Shown: positions 27,050-36,650 of the stretch, piece by piece
Numbering within the stretch: the stretch's first letter is position 1
Layout: each line of letters begins with the position of its first letter
Source of the DNA: Subdoligranulum sp. CAG:314
Lineage (GTDB): Bacteria > Bacillota > Clostridia > Christensenellales > CAG-314
Assembly: GCA_000437915.1 (NCBI GenBank)
Contig: FR901000.1
Coordinates: 119,244-183,243, forward strand
Length of the DNA stretch: 64,000 nt
Direction of reading: 5' to 3'
Position numbers and translations under genes: made by a program
The notes under the pieces: model-generated
What the model saw: only the letters and a program-made list of their open reading frames with translations
Databases searched by the model: none
Told to the model about the DNA's origin: nothing

Positions 27050-28724
27050 CTTTCAATCCGTTTTTCAAACAAATTTCCGTTACCATATCCACGGTTACGG
27101 CGTTTTTGTACAGCACCCGCGAAATTCTGCTTGCGGCGGTTGTGTAAAAGGCGTTGGCGGAAAAGAACTTTACCGGATTGGCAAGCGAAACGATTTTGCC
27201 ATCGAAAAACATACCGCATCTGTCAGAGTGCTCGGCGGCAAACTCCACGTCATGCGTGACCATGACGATTGTTTTCCCGCGAGCTTTCAGCCCGTAAAGA
27301 ATGTCGGCAAGCTCCTGCTTGGAGCAGGCGTCCAATCCCTTGGTAGGCTCGTCCAACAGAATTATTTCAGGCTCCATGAGCAGAATTTTTGCAAACGCCG
27401 CCTTTTGCTGTTCGCCGCCCGACAGGTCGTAGGGATGAGAGTCCAACAGCTTCTCTATTTTAAGCTCCCGCGCAACCTCGTTCACCCTTTCCTCCGCCTC
27501 GTCTCCCGAATAACCCATGATTAGGGCGGCTTCCTTCAAGTCCTCCTTGAGAACGCTCTTGACAAACAGCGTCTGCGGATTCTGCGGCAAGGAGGAAAGA
27601 TTTTTTCTGTACAGCGAATTTCCCGCGTATTCCTTTATTTTCTTTCCCCAGAACCGCAGTTTTCCGCTGTAAAGACGGCTTATGCCGCTCATGACCCTGA
27701 GCATGGTGGTTTTTCCCGCTCCGTTGCCGCCGAGTATGCACAAAATCTCGTTTTTGTAAACCGTAAGCGACAGACCGTTAAGCACATCGGGCAGATTTCT
27801 TTCGTACCTGAAACAGCCCTCTGAAATTTCCACAGCCTTTTCCCTTTCGGAATAATCCTCGTCGGACACATCGTAACCGGGATAACGGTTGCCGTAATTT
27901 TTTTCCAGAAACTGCCTGCTTTCTCCGACGGTAAGCGGACAATCCCCCTTTGCGTCAAGCCGTCCGAATATCCTTATCCCCGACGGAAGCCCCGCAAGCA
28001 TTTTGTGCGGCTTGTCGGACGCTTTGAGAATGTTTCCTACGTTTCTCGGCGTATCCGTCAAAAAAATGCGGGCTTTGTCCATAAGCACCGCTTTGTGCGC
28101 CAGCGGAAACACCTCCTCCAATCTGTGCTCCGCCAACAGCACGGTAGTGCCTAGCTCCGTGTTGATTTTTTTCAGCGCTCCGATAAAATCCGACGCGGCA
28201 ATCGGGTCGAGCTGCGCCGTCGGTTCGTCCAGAACAAGTATTTCGGGCTGCATAGCCATGACTGACGCAAGATTCAACAGCTGCTTCTGACCGCCCGACA
28301 ATTCGCAGGTACGCTTTCTGTACCAGTCGCCGATTCCGAAAAAGCCGCAGATTTCCGCAACGCGGCGGCGAATTTCGTCCGACTCCGTACCGAGGCTTTC
28401 AAGCCCAAACGCCAGCTCGTGCCAAACCTTGTCGGTGACAATCTGATTGTCGGGATTTTGCATGACGAAGCCGATGTCCGTGACGGCCGTCCTGTCGTCA
28501 AGGTCGTCTATTTCCACGCCCTTGTAAAATATGCCGCCGCTTTTTGTGCCTTTGGGACGCAGCTGCTTTTTAAGCAGCCTCAATAGGGTGCTTTTGCCGC
28601 AGCCCGACTCACCGCACAGCACGACAAATTCTCCGCGCCCGATAGTCAAGCATATATTTTCCAAAGCCTTTTCATCTCTGTCGGGATAAGAAAAGCTCAG
28701 ATTTTCGAGCGTAAGGATTGCCAC
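27042..28724 (-). CDS. ecfA: ECF transporter fused double ATPase (EcfA-EcfA')
   Basis: 560 aa. Two Walker A motifs (GESGCGKST, GGNGAGKTT), two LSGG signatures and two Walker B motifs (LVLDEPT, ILLDEPT). Confidence 0.9.
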   Translation of the reverse strand: MAILTLENLSFSYPDRDEKALENICLTIGRGEFVVLCGESGCGKSTLLRLLKKQLRPKGTKSGGIFYKGVEIDDLDDRTAVTDIGFVMQNPDNQIVTDKVWHELAFGLESLGTESDEIRRRVAEICGFFGIGDWYRKRTCELSGGQKQLLNLASVMAMQPEILVLDEPTAQLDPIAASDFIGALKKINTELGTTVLLAEHRLEEVFPLAHKAVLMDKARIFLTDTPRNVGNILKASDKPHKMLAGLPSGIRIFGRLDAKGDCPLTVGESRQFLEKNYGNRYPGYDVSDEDYSEREKAVEISEGCFRYERNLPDVLNGLSLTVYKNEILCILGGNGAGKTTMLRVMSGISRLYSGKLRFWGKKIKEYAGNSLYRKNLSSLPQNPQTLFVKSVLKEDLKEAALIMGYSGDEAEERVNEVARELKIEKLLDSHPYDLSGGEQQKAAFAKILLMEPEIILLDEPTKGLDACSKQELADILYGLKARGKTIVMVTHDVEFAAEHSDRCGMFFDGKIVSLANPVKFFSANAFYTTAASRISRVLYKNAVTVDMVTEICLKNGLKDG

Positions 28725-29578
28725 AGAATATTCTCCTTTATTTCAATAACGGTGGAAAGCCACGCCAGCGCAGTCAACGCGGCGTACAGTGCGACGGCAT
28801 ACGGGCTTAGGTCGAGAGGCGAAAACGCGGGATAATAACTAAACTCCCCGTATCCGCAGGACATCGCAAAGCATACCGCCGCGACAAAAACCAAAATAAC
28901 CGCCAGCACAACGCTGTCCCGCGCGCTCCACGCAAACACGGAATAGCTGCTCCTTCCCTTTAATCCGTAGCCGCGCGCGCGCATGGAATCGCCCGTTTCC
29001 ACCGAACTTTCGAGACTCCACGTGACCAGAATGCTCATCACGCGCATTTTGCTTCTCAGTCTGTCCACAAAGCTCTTGGAGGTGTAAGTTCCCAACGCCT
29101 TCTGCGCGCTGTCGATTTCCTTGTAACGCCTTTTCAGCTTGGGAATAAAGCCGAGCGTCATGGACAAAAGGAGCGCAAGCTTGGGGATAACCCTTCCGAA
29201 CAGATAAATAAATTTGTCGGAACTCATGACCGCGTTGAAGCATTTGAACCAGTAAAACACCGACATAATCATGACTCCCACGGCAAAGCCGTAGCAGACG
29301 GCTTCGAGAGTTACGGGATTGTCGTTCATGAAAAACAAAATCGTTTCTCCGTTGTGGGAAAAAATCGGATTAGTCAAAGAAATGAGCAGCAGCACGGGAA
29401 CGGAATATGCAAGACTTGACGCAAGCTTTCTTGCGCCGACCAGCATACCGCAGAACGAAACCGCCCCGAAAAACGAAACGGCAAGCAAAACGGGGTTGAC
29501 GGTAAACATGGTTATGAATATCATCGCCGAAAAATAAATCATCGGAATGACGGGATGCATTTTTTCAAACGCCTTCAT
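28697..29578 (-). CDS. ecfT: ECF transporter transmembrane (T) component
   Basis: 293 aa polytopic membrane protein with the EcfT-type ARG coupling motif (SMRARGY). Confidence 0.85.
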   Translation of the reverse strand: MKAFEKMHPVIPMIYFSAMIFITMFTVNPVLLAVSFFGAVSFCGMLVGARKLASSLAYSVPVLLLISLTNPIFSHNGETILFFMNDNPVTLEAVCYGFAVGVMIMSVFYWFKCFNAVMSSDKFIYLFGRVIPKLALLLSMTLGFIPKLKRRYKEIDSAQKALGTYTSKSFVDRLRSKMRVMSILVTWSLESSVETGDSMRARGYGLKGRSSYSVFAWSARDSVVLAVILVFVAAVCFAMSCGYGEFSYYPAFSPLDLSPYAVALYAALTALAWLSTVIEIKENILWQSLRSKI

Positions 29579-30119
29579 CGTAGAACCATCCGCCTCCCAC
29601 GTCTCGCCCCAAATCGCAGGTGTAAACCCACTCTATCACGTCGCCGTCTTTGAGCACATACTTGCTGCACCCGTAATTGGGAAATTGTCCGTTCACCTTG
29701 TACATCCACCCCGAAAGCGGTCCGCAGGAAAATTCGTAAAGAAAATTTATGCCTCTTATGTACACGCTTCCGAATGCGTTTTCGTTGGCGCCCTGATATT
29801 CCATCTGAATTTTGTTGTGTCTGACCGCTCTGTTCAAAATATCGTAAACCGTGTCGTCTTTCCGCAAAACATATTCGGTTTGTTCAAGGATAATCCCGTC
29901 GGACGGAACGTATTTTTCAAAACGCAGGCTTTCGTCCAGGTCGTCCCAGTTGTCGAGTATTGTCCCGCATTCTATGCTTAAAAACACGGTTTCGCTTTCC
30001 GGCGTTATATCGTCAAGATGCGTAAGATAGTAGTCCTCGACAGACTGAAATTTAGTGCCTGCGCAAAGAATCGCAATGAGAAACGCCACTATTGCGACAG
30101 CCAGAAAATCCTTTTTCAT
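29565..30119 (-). CDS. DUF4430 (transcobalamin C-terminal-like) domain protein, membrane-anchored
   Basis: 184 aa. N-terminal hydrophobic anchor, then LSGWMYKVNGQFPNYGCSKYVLKDGDVIEWVYTCDLGRDVGG, the characteristic DUF4430 signature. Confidence 0.75.
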   Translation of the reverse strand: MKKDFLAVAIVAFLIAILCAGTKFQSVEDYYLTHLDDITPESETVFLSIECGTILDNWDDLDESLRFEKYVPSDGIILEQTEYVLRKDDTVYDILNRAVRHNKIQMEYQGANENAFGSVYIRGINFLYEFSCGPLSGWMYKVNGQFPNYGCSKYVLKDGDVIEWVYTCDLGRDVGGGWFYDEGV

Positions 30120-32032
30120 TCGTCACTCTCCGGCATGGCGTTAAGCGCCTTTAATTTTTTTCTTTTGCGTATGTTAAAGAAAAGCCATACGGCGACCGAC
30201 ACGGCGACAGCACCGACGCAAATACCCGTCACAAGCGCCGCAAAAAGATTGTCCGCCTGAGTTTTGCTTTTGACAAGTCCCTCTATGTCCGACGCTTCGA
30301 GCTGCGCTCTGTCGTATTCGGACAAGGCAAGGTATCTGTCGTAAAGCTCGTGCACGGTCTTTCTCTTGCTCAGAGTTATCGAATCGAAGGGATAAAGCTC
30401 CTCTTTTATCGCTTTTCTCAACGCCTCTATCTCGGCGTAAATGGCGTCAATCTCGTTTTTGGCTTTTTCCAGCTTTATTGTATATTCCTGTTTTCCGTCA
30501 AAGTCAACGCTGTTGTTTATTTTGCTCCACAGCCTGAGCACCTCCGACCTATAAGCGGTGGTCAAGGTTTCGGGCAAACCTACGAGCGCCTCTATATCGG
30601 ACGGGGAGAAATACTCGGTGGGCACGGTTACTCCCGCGTCGCCGCTGTTGTATTGCAGCTCTTCCTTTTCAAAAGGTATGTCAGCCGCGACAAGCAACAC
30701 GGACAGGTCTTTGTAGTTTGAAACATAGCTGCGCTCCTCGACGGGTATTTCAAGGTAGGCGTCGTAAACCTCTTTAAGTTCGACGACAGAAGCGTCGGGA
30801 GTAAGCCCGCTTATTTTAAGCTCGACGTCCTTTATCAAAAGGCGCAGCTTTTCGCTCTGCTCCTCGCGGAAGTCGTAAAGTCTCCTTTTCCCCTCGAGAA
30901 ACCTCACAAGCGCGGTCAAACCGTAAAGCGTCTGTTCGCTCGCCATTGTGTTGGGCATACCCGCAACCGCCGTCGGATTGTCCTCGTCGTTTACGTAAGA
31001 ATGCGTAAACCCTCCCGACGACGTCCGATATTTCATTATTCCGTCCAAAAGCGTGTTGGGCAATCCGTCGTCCCCCGTTTTGACGAATCTTTCGTCCGTC
31101 AAAGGGTTTATTCCGAGAGAAGTAAGAGCGACGAGCACCTGAACGGTGCTTTCGCAATTGGGCATCCCCCAGCTGAAATAATCGCCGTCCTGCCTCTGCG
31201 TGCGGGACAGAAGCGCAACCGCTTTGTCGCACGCCTCCCTCACCTTCATGACGACGGGAAGCTCGGAAATATTCTCGTTTAAGTAGGTATATTCTTTTTC
31301 GCTGTTGTAATAAGGCGCAAAACATTGAAGCGTCATCGCCGTAATATCGGGGTCGGAAACGCTGCCGGTCAGCGCCCAGCCGCCGTCCGCAAGCTGCAAT
31401 CCGAGTATCTGAACGATAATGTCGTCGCGCGAATAATAAGCTCCCTCCGGTATTTCGTAATACATGCTGTCCAGCGTTATCAGTCCCCAGATAAGACCGT
31501 TTATGCCCTGTCTTCCAAGGCTCCCCTTTCCGTTTTCGTCCACACGAGCGTAAGTCCCGTCGGCAATCAGGTCTATATCGCCTCTGCCGTCGCCGTCGCG
31601 GTCCTCTCCGAAAGCGCGCGGATTGCCTCCCGAAGCAAGCACGGCGAGAGAAATTCTGTGCCATTCGGTAGCTTTCGCCCTGTCCAGCTTGTCTGGACCG
31701 TCATACCTTTTTTGCACGTTGTCGCTGAGAACGGCAAGATATCCCGCCTGATTGTCCTCCACTCCCAGTCTTCCCAGCCCTATCGGAAACCAGTCGCCGG
31801 GAGTCGTGCCCGCCTGTTCCAGAAACGCGTCGTTGAAAAGAAATCCGTCTTTTTCCGCGCCGACGTCGTTTTTTTTCCACTCTATGATGCCGTAAGCCGT
31901 CTCACGTATACTGTCCGCCGAAATTTTCTCCGTCTCAACCGACGCAAGACAAAGGGCAGGGACGCCCAAAGGCGTTCCTGCCGAAACAAAAATCGATAAA
32001 ATCACCAACAATGCGAAAACAAATTTTTTCAT
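30116..32032 (-). CDS. Alpha/alpha-toroid (prenyltransferase / terpene-cyclase-like repeat) protein with C-terminal membrane anchor
   Basis: 638 aa with a signal peptide. QW-type repeats (LQLADGGWAL, RTQRQDGDYFSWG, YRTSSGGFTH). A coiled C-terminal part, a TM helix (LFAALVTGICVGAVAVSVAVWLFF) and RKRKK. Confidence 0.65.
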   Translation of the reverse strand: MKKFVFALLVILSIFVSAGTPLGVPALCLASVETEKISADSIRETAYGIIEWKKNDVGAEKDGFLFNDAFLEQAGTTPGDWFPIGLGRLGVEDNQAGYLAVLSDNVQKRYDGPDKLDRAKATEWHRISLAVLASGGNPRAFGEDRDGDGRGDIDLIADGTYARVDENGKGSLGRQGINGLIWGLITLDSMYYEIPEGAYYSRDDIIVQILGLQLADGGWALTGSVSDPDITAMTLQCFAPYYNSEKEYTYLNENISELPVVMKVREACDKAVALLSRTQRQDGDYFSWGMPNCESTVQVLVALTSLGINPLTDERFVKTGDDGLPNTLLDGIMKYRTSSGGFTHSYVNDEDNPTAVAGMPNTMASEQTLYGLTALVRFLEGKRRLYDFREEQSEKLRLLIKDVELKISGLTPDASVVELKEVYDAYLEIPVEERSYVSNYKDLSVLLVAADIPFEKEELQYNSGDAGVTVPTEYFSPSDIEALVGLPETLTTAYRSEVLRLWSKINNSVDFDGKQEYTIKLEKAKNEIDAIYAEIEALRKAIKEELYPFDSITLSKRKTVHELYDRYLALSEYDRAQLEASDIEGLVKSKTQADNLFAALVTGICVGAVAVSVAVWLFFNIRKRKKLKALNAMPESDE

Positions 32033-33867
32033 GACAAATTCAAACCGTAAGCGGCAATCAGCTCATTGTATACTCTGTCCACAAGCTCCTGCGAAGCGTC
32101 CCAGACGGAAATTTCCTCAACCGCTTTTGCGTACGCTTCTTCGCCCGAACCGTAAAATTCATTTTCTCTTATCAGAGCGAGCAGCTTGTTCACCCGTGCG
32201 TAATCCGCAAACTCGGCAAAGTCCGAGCCGGAGCCGCCCGTAGAGTCTCCGCCGCCCACGTCGCGCCCCAGCGCAAGCGTAAAGCATACGCGCACCACGT
32301 CGCCGTCCTGCGGAAAATAATCGGCAAAGCCGTAGTTGGGAAAGGAGCCGTTGACGCTGTACATCCAACCCGAGCCGCTTGTGTAATCGAATTCTCCGAG
32401 ACTGTACCTGCCGTCGTCGTCTTTTTGCAGAGTATAAGAAAAAACTTCCAGACGCTCCGCAAGTCCGTCGGCGATTCTGTTTCCGTCCAGGTCAAGTCCC
32501 TTTATCGACGCCAGATAAAAGCCCGAATCAAGCTCGCCCGTATATCGGTATTCAAGCCCGTAAGCGCTCAGCAGACGCGTCAGCGTCACGGAAAAGGGTT
32601 CGCCGTCGAAAACCGTGAGCAGCATGGGTTCGATAAAATATCCGCAGCCTACGGTAAAGCCTTCGAGCGAAAAGACGACCTCTCCTATTTCGCCGTCGGC
32701 GCCCGCGCCGACATAGGTCATTCTGAACGTCTGCACGGTCTGCCTGCCGAAAGCCTCCGCAACGACGCGGAACAAAAACGCTTTTCCCTTGCAGCCCTCA
32801 AAAACGCCAGCCTCGAAATTTATACGATAGCTTGTCTTTTCGGAATCCGACCACACCTTCTTCAAATCGGATTGTCCCAACGCTACGAAGTCGTCCCGCC
32901 CGTCGTCGGCGTCCATATCCGCGAAAAACGACAGAGAGTTGTCGGGCAGCTTTGCTCCCAAAGCGTCCTCCGCCGTCACCTCGAAGGTAAAAACGCTGCC
33001 CTTGTATTCCTTGCCTTCCTCCAACGAAAGCCTTTCAAAGCGCGGAGGCGCGTCGGAATACCGCACCGAAAACAGCTCGGTTTTTTGCATGGAGCCGCTG
33101 CGCGCGGTTACGCGCACCTCGTACTCCCCCGCCTGCGGCATAACGAGAAGATAATTCCCGTCATTTGGAGAAAGAACATCTCCGTTGACCGTCACCTCCG
33201 TTTCGCAGGCAACCTTGCCGTAAGTCGTTCTCACCGCAAAGCTCAATGTGTCCGACGCCGTGTCCTGAGAGACAAGCGTCGTATTCACCTTGAATCCCTC
33301 GTAAAAAACCGTCTCCGTCAAGGTTGACGCGGCGTCGCCGCTCCTTGCGCTCAGAACAAACTCGTGCTGCTTGTTTTCGGTAAGCTTAAACTCGTATTTT
33401 CCGTCTGAAACGGGACTGATAAGCTTTCCGTCGGCCGTCACCGTCAGCGCACAGCTCTCGTCGTTGCAATAGGCGGCGGCGGAAAAATAAAGCACGTCGT
33501 CACGTATCACGCGCTCGGACAAATCCGTACGCACAACAAAATCCGCCCTGTAAACAATGTTGTAGCTGCGCGTCTCCTTTTTGGAGCCCTTTTTCGCGGT
33601 GAGCAGCACGGCATTGTCACCCTCGTTCAGATATACGGTAAATCTTGTCCCGTCGCTCTTTGCCGTTATTCCGTTGCAGCGCACTTCTATCTCGCATCCG
33701 ACTCCGCCGCAGGTGGCAGTGGCTCCGAAGGAGTACTGCGGAGCGCTTACAACCAGTCCGTCGACAATATCGGTTGCAAAGACAAAGGCGCTCCCGCATG
33801 CGGCGGCAATACACAGCACGGCGGCAAGAACAACGGCAATGGACAGGATTTTAATTGCTTTTTTCAT
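32029..33867 (-). CDS. Surface lipoprotein with tandem Ig-like/cadherin-like beta-sandwich repeats and a C-terminal DUF4430 domain
   Basis: 612 aa. Lipobox IAAAC-GS. About four repeats of the pattern T..VNG..L.......Y.......GE...V.A.SG......T..V.Y. C-terminal GSGWMYSVNGSFPNYGFADYFPQDGDVVRVCFTLALGRDVGG. Confidence 0.7.
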   Translation of the reverse strand: MKKAIKILSIAVVLAAVLCIAAACGSAFVFATDIVDGLVVSAPQYSFGATATCGGVGCEIEVRCNGITAKSDGTRFTVYLNEGDNAVLLTAKKGSKKETRSYNIVYRADFVVRTDLSERVIRDDVLYFSAAAYCNDESCALTVTADGKLISPVSDGKYEFKLTENKQHEFVLSARSGDAASTLTETVFYEGFKVNTTLVSQDTASDTLSFAVRTTYGKVACETEVTVNGDVLSPNDGNYLLVMPQAGEYEVRVTARSGSMQKTELFSVRYSDAPPRFERLSLEEGKEYKGSVFTFEVTAEDALGAKLPDNSLSFFADMDADDGRDDFVALGQSDLKKVWSDSEKTSYRINFEAGVFEGCKGKAFLFRVVAEAFGRQTVQTFRMTYVGAGADGEIGEVVFSLEGFTVGCGYFIEPMLLTVFDGEPFSVTLTRLLSAYGLEYRYTGELDSGFYLASIKGLDLDGNRIADGLAERLEVFSYTLQKDDDGRYSLGEFDYTSGSGWMYSVNGSFPNYGFADYFPQDGDVVRVCFTLALGRDVGGGDSTGGSGSDFAEFADYARVNKLLALIRENEFYGSGEEAYAKAVEEISVWDASQELVDRVYNELIAAYGLNLS

Positions 33868-33869
33868 GC

Positions 33870-36293
33870 TCAGGCAACGTCGACGTTTTTGAACTCGACT
33901 CTTGCTATTTCGTTCCCGTTTTCGTCCGAAAGCGTCGCGACAAAGGTAAACGCGTCGAAAATCATCATGTACTTGCTGCTTATATCGCTATAAGACACCT
34001 TGACCGTTATCACTCCGTTTTCTTCGGAAACAACGGTAAAAGGAACGGTGTACTCAGTTCCCCAGGACGCAACCATTTTCAAGGTCAGCCTGTCGGAAGA
34101 AATAGGCGCTCCAGACGAATCCTTCGCCGTAATCGTAAGAGTAATATCGCCGCTTATTTTGTCCCCGTCGGCAATACCGGCGACGGAAAACTGCGGCGGC
34201 GCGATATAAATCATTTCATACTCCTCGCGCAGAGTTTCGTCCTGAGACACGCTGAACGAAACAGCCAGCTTGAAATTGTCCTCCACCTCGTACCACATCG
34301 TCAAAAGATTGTCAAAGTCAAGCGCTATTTCCGCAACGGTGTCATTTGCGGAATAAGTAACGGTATAATTGAAGCCCTCGCTGAGAGTAGTAAAGTTAGG
34401 CGCAGACATTCCGCAGTCAACCGCTATTGAAAGCCTGTCCTTGACCGAAACCGCGTTGCCGTCCGCATCCTTTACCGTGACGGTAAAGGTCGAGCCGTCC
34501 GTTTCTCTGTTAAGCCCGTCTTTTTTGAGAGAGCTTTCTATTTGCAGCTGCTCGGTTTTTTCCACCGCAAAGCTCCACGATTTTTCGGCGTTGTTCTTTT
34601 CGACGCAAACCGCCGTTACAACTATTTCGTTTTCGCCGAGCGCTAGGCTTACCGAACAGTTTTTGCCGTCAACCGTGCCGTTTGTCTGCGCGGTATTGTT
34701 GTAAACGGAAATCTGACAGTCATATTCGCCGTAATTTACGCTCGCCGTAAATTCCAGCGTCGTCTTTGCGGTTGTCATTTCGTCGGCAATGCCGACGAAA
34801 GTTTCCTCGAAGAAGTAATACTTTTCGCCGTAAGAAACGGTCGCCGAGCCGTTCCAGCCGCGCCCTAGCTCGCAGAGAGTTCCGTCCTGATAATAACCCC
34901 GTTCGTCGAAAGAAACGGCAACGGTCGCCTGCTCGGCTATGCCGGCGAAAGCGTTGAAGCCGATAAAGGACAAACTGCAAGCTTCGAGATTGACCGATTC
35001 AAGAAGAACGGCGTTTTCAAAAGCTCTGCCCCAGATTCTTTGGAGCGAAGCAGGGGCGGTGTATTCCTTAACGCCGCACGCCGCGGGAAAATTGATTAGC
35101 TGCGTTTTGTCCGCAGTATACATAATGCCGCCGTCCGAGGTAAAATAAGGGTTTAGCCCGTCGATTTCGATGCTCTCCAAAGCGTCGCAGTCGCCGAACA
35201 TATCGGCATTTTCGCTTTCAAGATAGGTGCTGTAACCGCCTATGTATCTTAGCGAATAGGGCAAGGACACTTTTTTTAGCGACGAACACAGCTTGAACGC
35301 GTCCCTCTCGATGCTTTGAAGCGACTCGCACTCGGAAAGGTCGATTTCCGTCAGTTGAGTTTGATACTCGAAGCATTTCTGCCCGATAAATTCCAAAGAT
35401 ACGCAGCCCGAAAAGTCAACCGTTTTGAGTTTTGTATCCATTGCGGGATACCTGCCGACAAAAGCAGAGCTTGAAACGGTGGTGAGCTTGCTCAGACCTT
35501 TTAAAGAAACAAATTCAAGCTCGCCGCAGTTTGAAAAGGCAGAGCTGCCTATTGTTTCCAATTCGACGGCGCCGTCAAGATAAACCTTTTTTACGTCGGA
35601 ATAAGAAAAAGCATAGGCGCCTATTTCCGTGATTTTGTTGCCCTCCGCGTCCGTCGCGGGCAATACGACTATGTCGCCGTCAAAGCCGTCGGCAAGACCG
35701 CTCAACTTCACCTTTCCCTCTTCCTCCGTCTGCGAAAATTCAAACATTTCCGCAGGAGTGAAATTCATCTCGTACCGAGCGGTAAAGGTAAGCGGCTGCG
35801 TAACTGCCACGTTTGCGTCCGCCGCATAATCCGTCGAGCCGCTTTTCCACCCGACAAAGCTATACAGGTCCGAATCCGACGGCTCCGCGACGTAATCCGA
35901 AAGCGCCAGCGTATAACCGTGCTCCGCCTTCAAACTGTCCGCGCCCGTCATTTTGCCTTCTCCCGCGTCGAAAACGACGTCGTAGCTTTTTAAGGTATAA
36001 TGCGCGACAAGCGTGATGTCCCCTTTGATTATTATCGAGTCGGAGGCGGAGTATTCGACGGAGCCGGCGCTCCACCCCTTGAAATCATACCCCTCCTTTT
36101 GCGGAGCATAATTTTCGAGTTGCAGCACGCTGTCCTCCTCGACTTCAAGCCCCGCGCTCAAATCGCGCCCCTCCACAACGCCGCCGTCAAGCTCGAACGT
36201 GACGCTGTAAACCTTAGGCTCGCCGTCGCAGGCGGCAAAAACCATAAGCGCCGCGACAAGGCACAAAACAATCAGCAAAATTTTTTTCTTCAT
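33870..36293 (-). CDS. Surface lipoprotein with Flg_new repeats, BspA-type LRRs and Ig-like domains; first gene of the cobalamin-riboswitch operon
   Basis: Start moved to the ATG at 36293 (MKKKILLIVLCLVAALMVFAAC-DG lipobox, AAGGAGA SD). The ORF-track extension to 36632 runs through the riboswitch. Confidence 0.8.
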   Translation of the reverse strand: MKKKILLIVLCLVAALMVFAACDGEPKVYSVTFELDGGVVEGRDLSAGLEVEEDSVLQLENYAPQKEGYDFKGWSAGSVEYSASDSIIIKGDITLVAHYTLKSYDVVFDAGEGKMTGADSLKAEHGYTLALSDYVAEPSDSDLYSFVGWKSGSTDYAADANVAVTQPLTFTARYEMNFTPAEMFEFSQTEEEGKVKLSGLADGFDGDIVVLPATDAEGNKITEIGAYAFSYSDVKKVYLDGAVELETIGSSAFSNCGELEFVSLKGLSKLTTVSSSAFVGRYPAMDTKLKTVDFSGCVSLEFIGQKCFEYQTQLTEIDLSECESLQSIERDAFKLCSSLKKVSLPYSLRYIGGYSTYLESENADMFGDCDALESIEIDGLNPYFTSDGGIMYTADKTQLINFPAACGVKEYTAPASLQRIWGRAFENAVLLESVNLEACSLSFIGFNAFAGIAEQATVAVSFDERGYYQDGTLCELGRGWNGSATVSYGEKYYFFEETFVGIADEMTTAKTTLEFTASVNYGEYDCQISVYNNTAQTNGTVDGKNCSVSLALGENEIVVTAVCVEKNNAEKSWSFAVEKTEQLQIESSLKKDGLNRETDGSTFTVTVKDADGNAVSVKDRLSIAVDCGMSAPNFTTLSEGFNYTVTYSANDTVAEIALDFDNLLTMWYEVEDNFKLAVSFSVSQDETLREEYEMIYIAPPQFSVAGIADGDKISGDITLTITAKDSSGAPISSDRLTLKMVASWGTEYTVPFTVVSEENGVITVKVSYSDISSKYMMIFDAFTFVATLSDENGNEIARVEFKNVDVA

Positions 36294-36384
36294 GAGTTCA
36301 TCTCCTTTTATCATTTTTTCCGCCTGTCGGCGGACGTTTGCGGAACGCAGGCAATACGAACGGGGACGGTATTTAAACCGCTGC

Positions 36385-36413
36385 AAAAAAAATCTCCCGA
36401 TTGTCCCGGGAGA
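36385..36413 (-). terminator. Riboswitch expression-platform terminator
   Basis: Minus strand reads TCTCCCG-GGACAAT-CGGGAGA followed by T8, 92 nt upstream of the first start codon. Confidence 0.75.
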
Positions 36414-36479
36414 GTCTGCATACACGACAAAAGGAAACATGAAAAATGCTCCTTGATGCTGTGGCTGACATCCTTCTTT

Positions 36480-36633
36480 CGCCCAAGAATGTATTACCTT
36501 TTGGCAATAAGGCAGGTCTCCCGACTTATGGCGACTGTGCGCCAAATACGGTAATGGCTGTTGCGACGGATTCTCACCGCTCTTCCCGCTGTTGACCGCT
36601 TGACAAGCGTCGTTGCTTGACTTCGGAACCAAA
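36480..36633 (-). promoter_or_regulatory. Cobalamin (B12) riboswitch aptamer
   Basis: Minus strand reads GGTTCC...AACAGCGGGAAGAGCGGTGAGAATCCGTCGCAACAGCC...GCCATAAGTCGGGAGACCTGCC. This matches the conserved GGGAA/GGTGnnAATCC core and the B12 box (AGTCGGGAGACCTGCC). Confidence 0.8.
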
Positions 36634-36650
36634 TTGCTTATTCAATTGAG

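Noticed and set aside
36294-36632. N-terminal 113-codon extension of the 920-aa ORF (33870-36632)
   Set aside because: The extension runs through the cobalamin riboswitch and its T8 terminator and has no protein-like features. A lipoprotein signal peptide with a good SD starts at the ATG at 36293.
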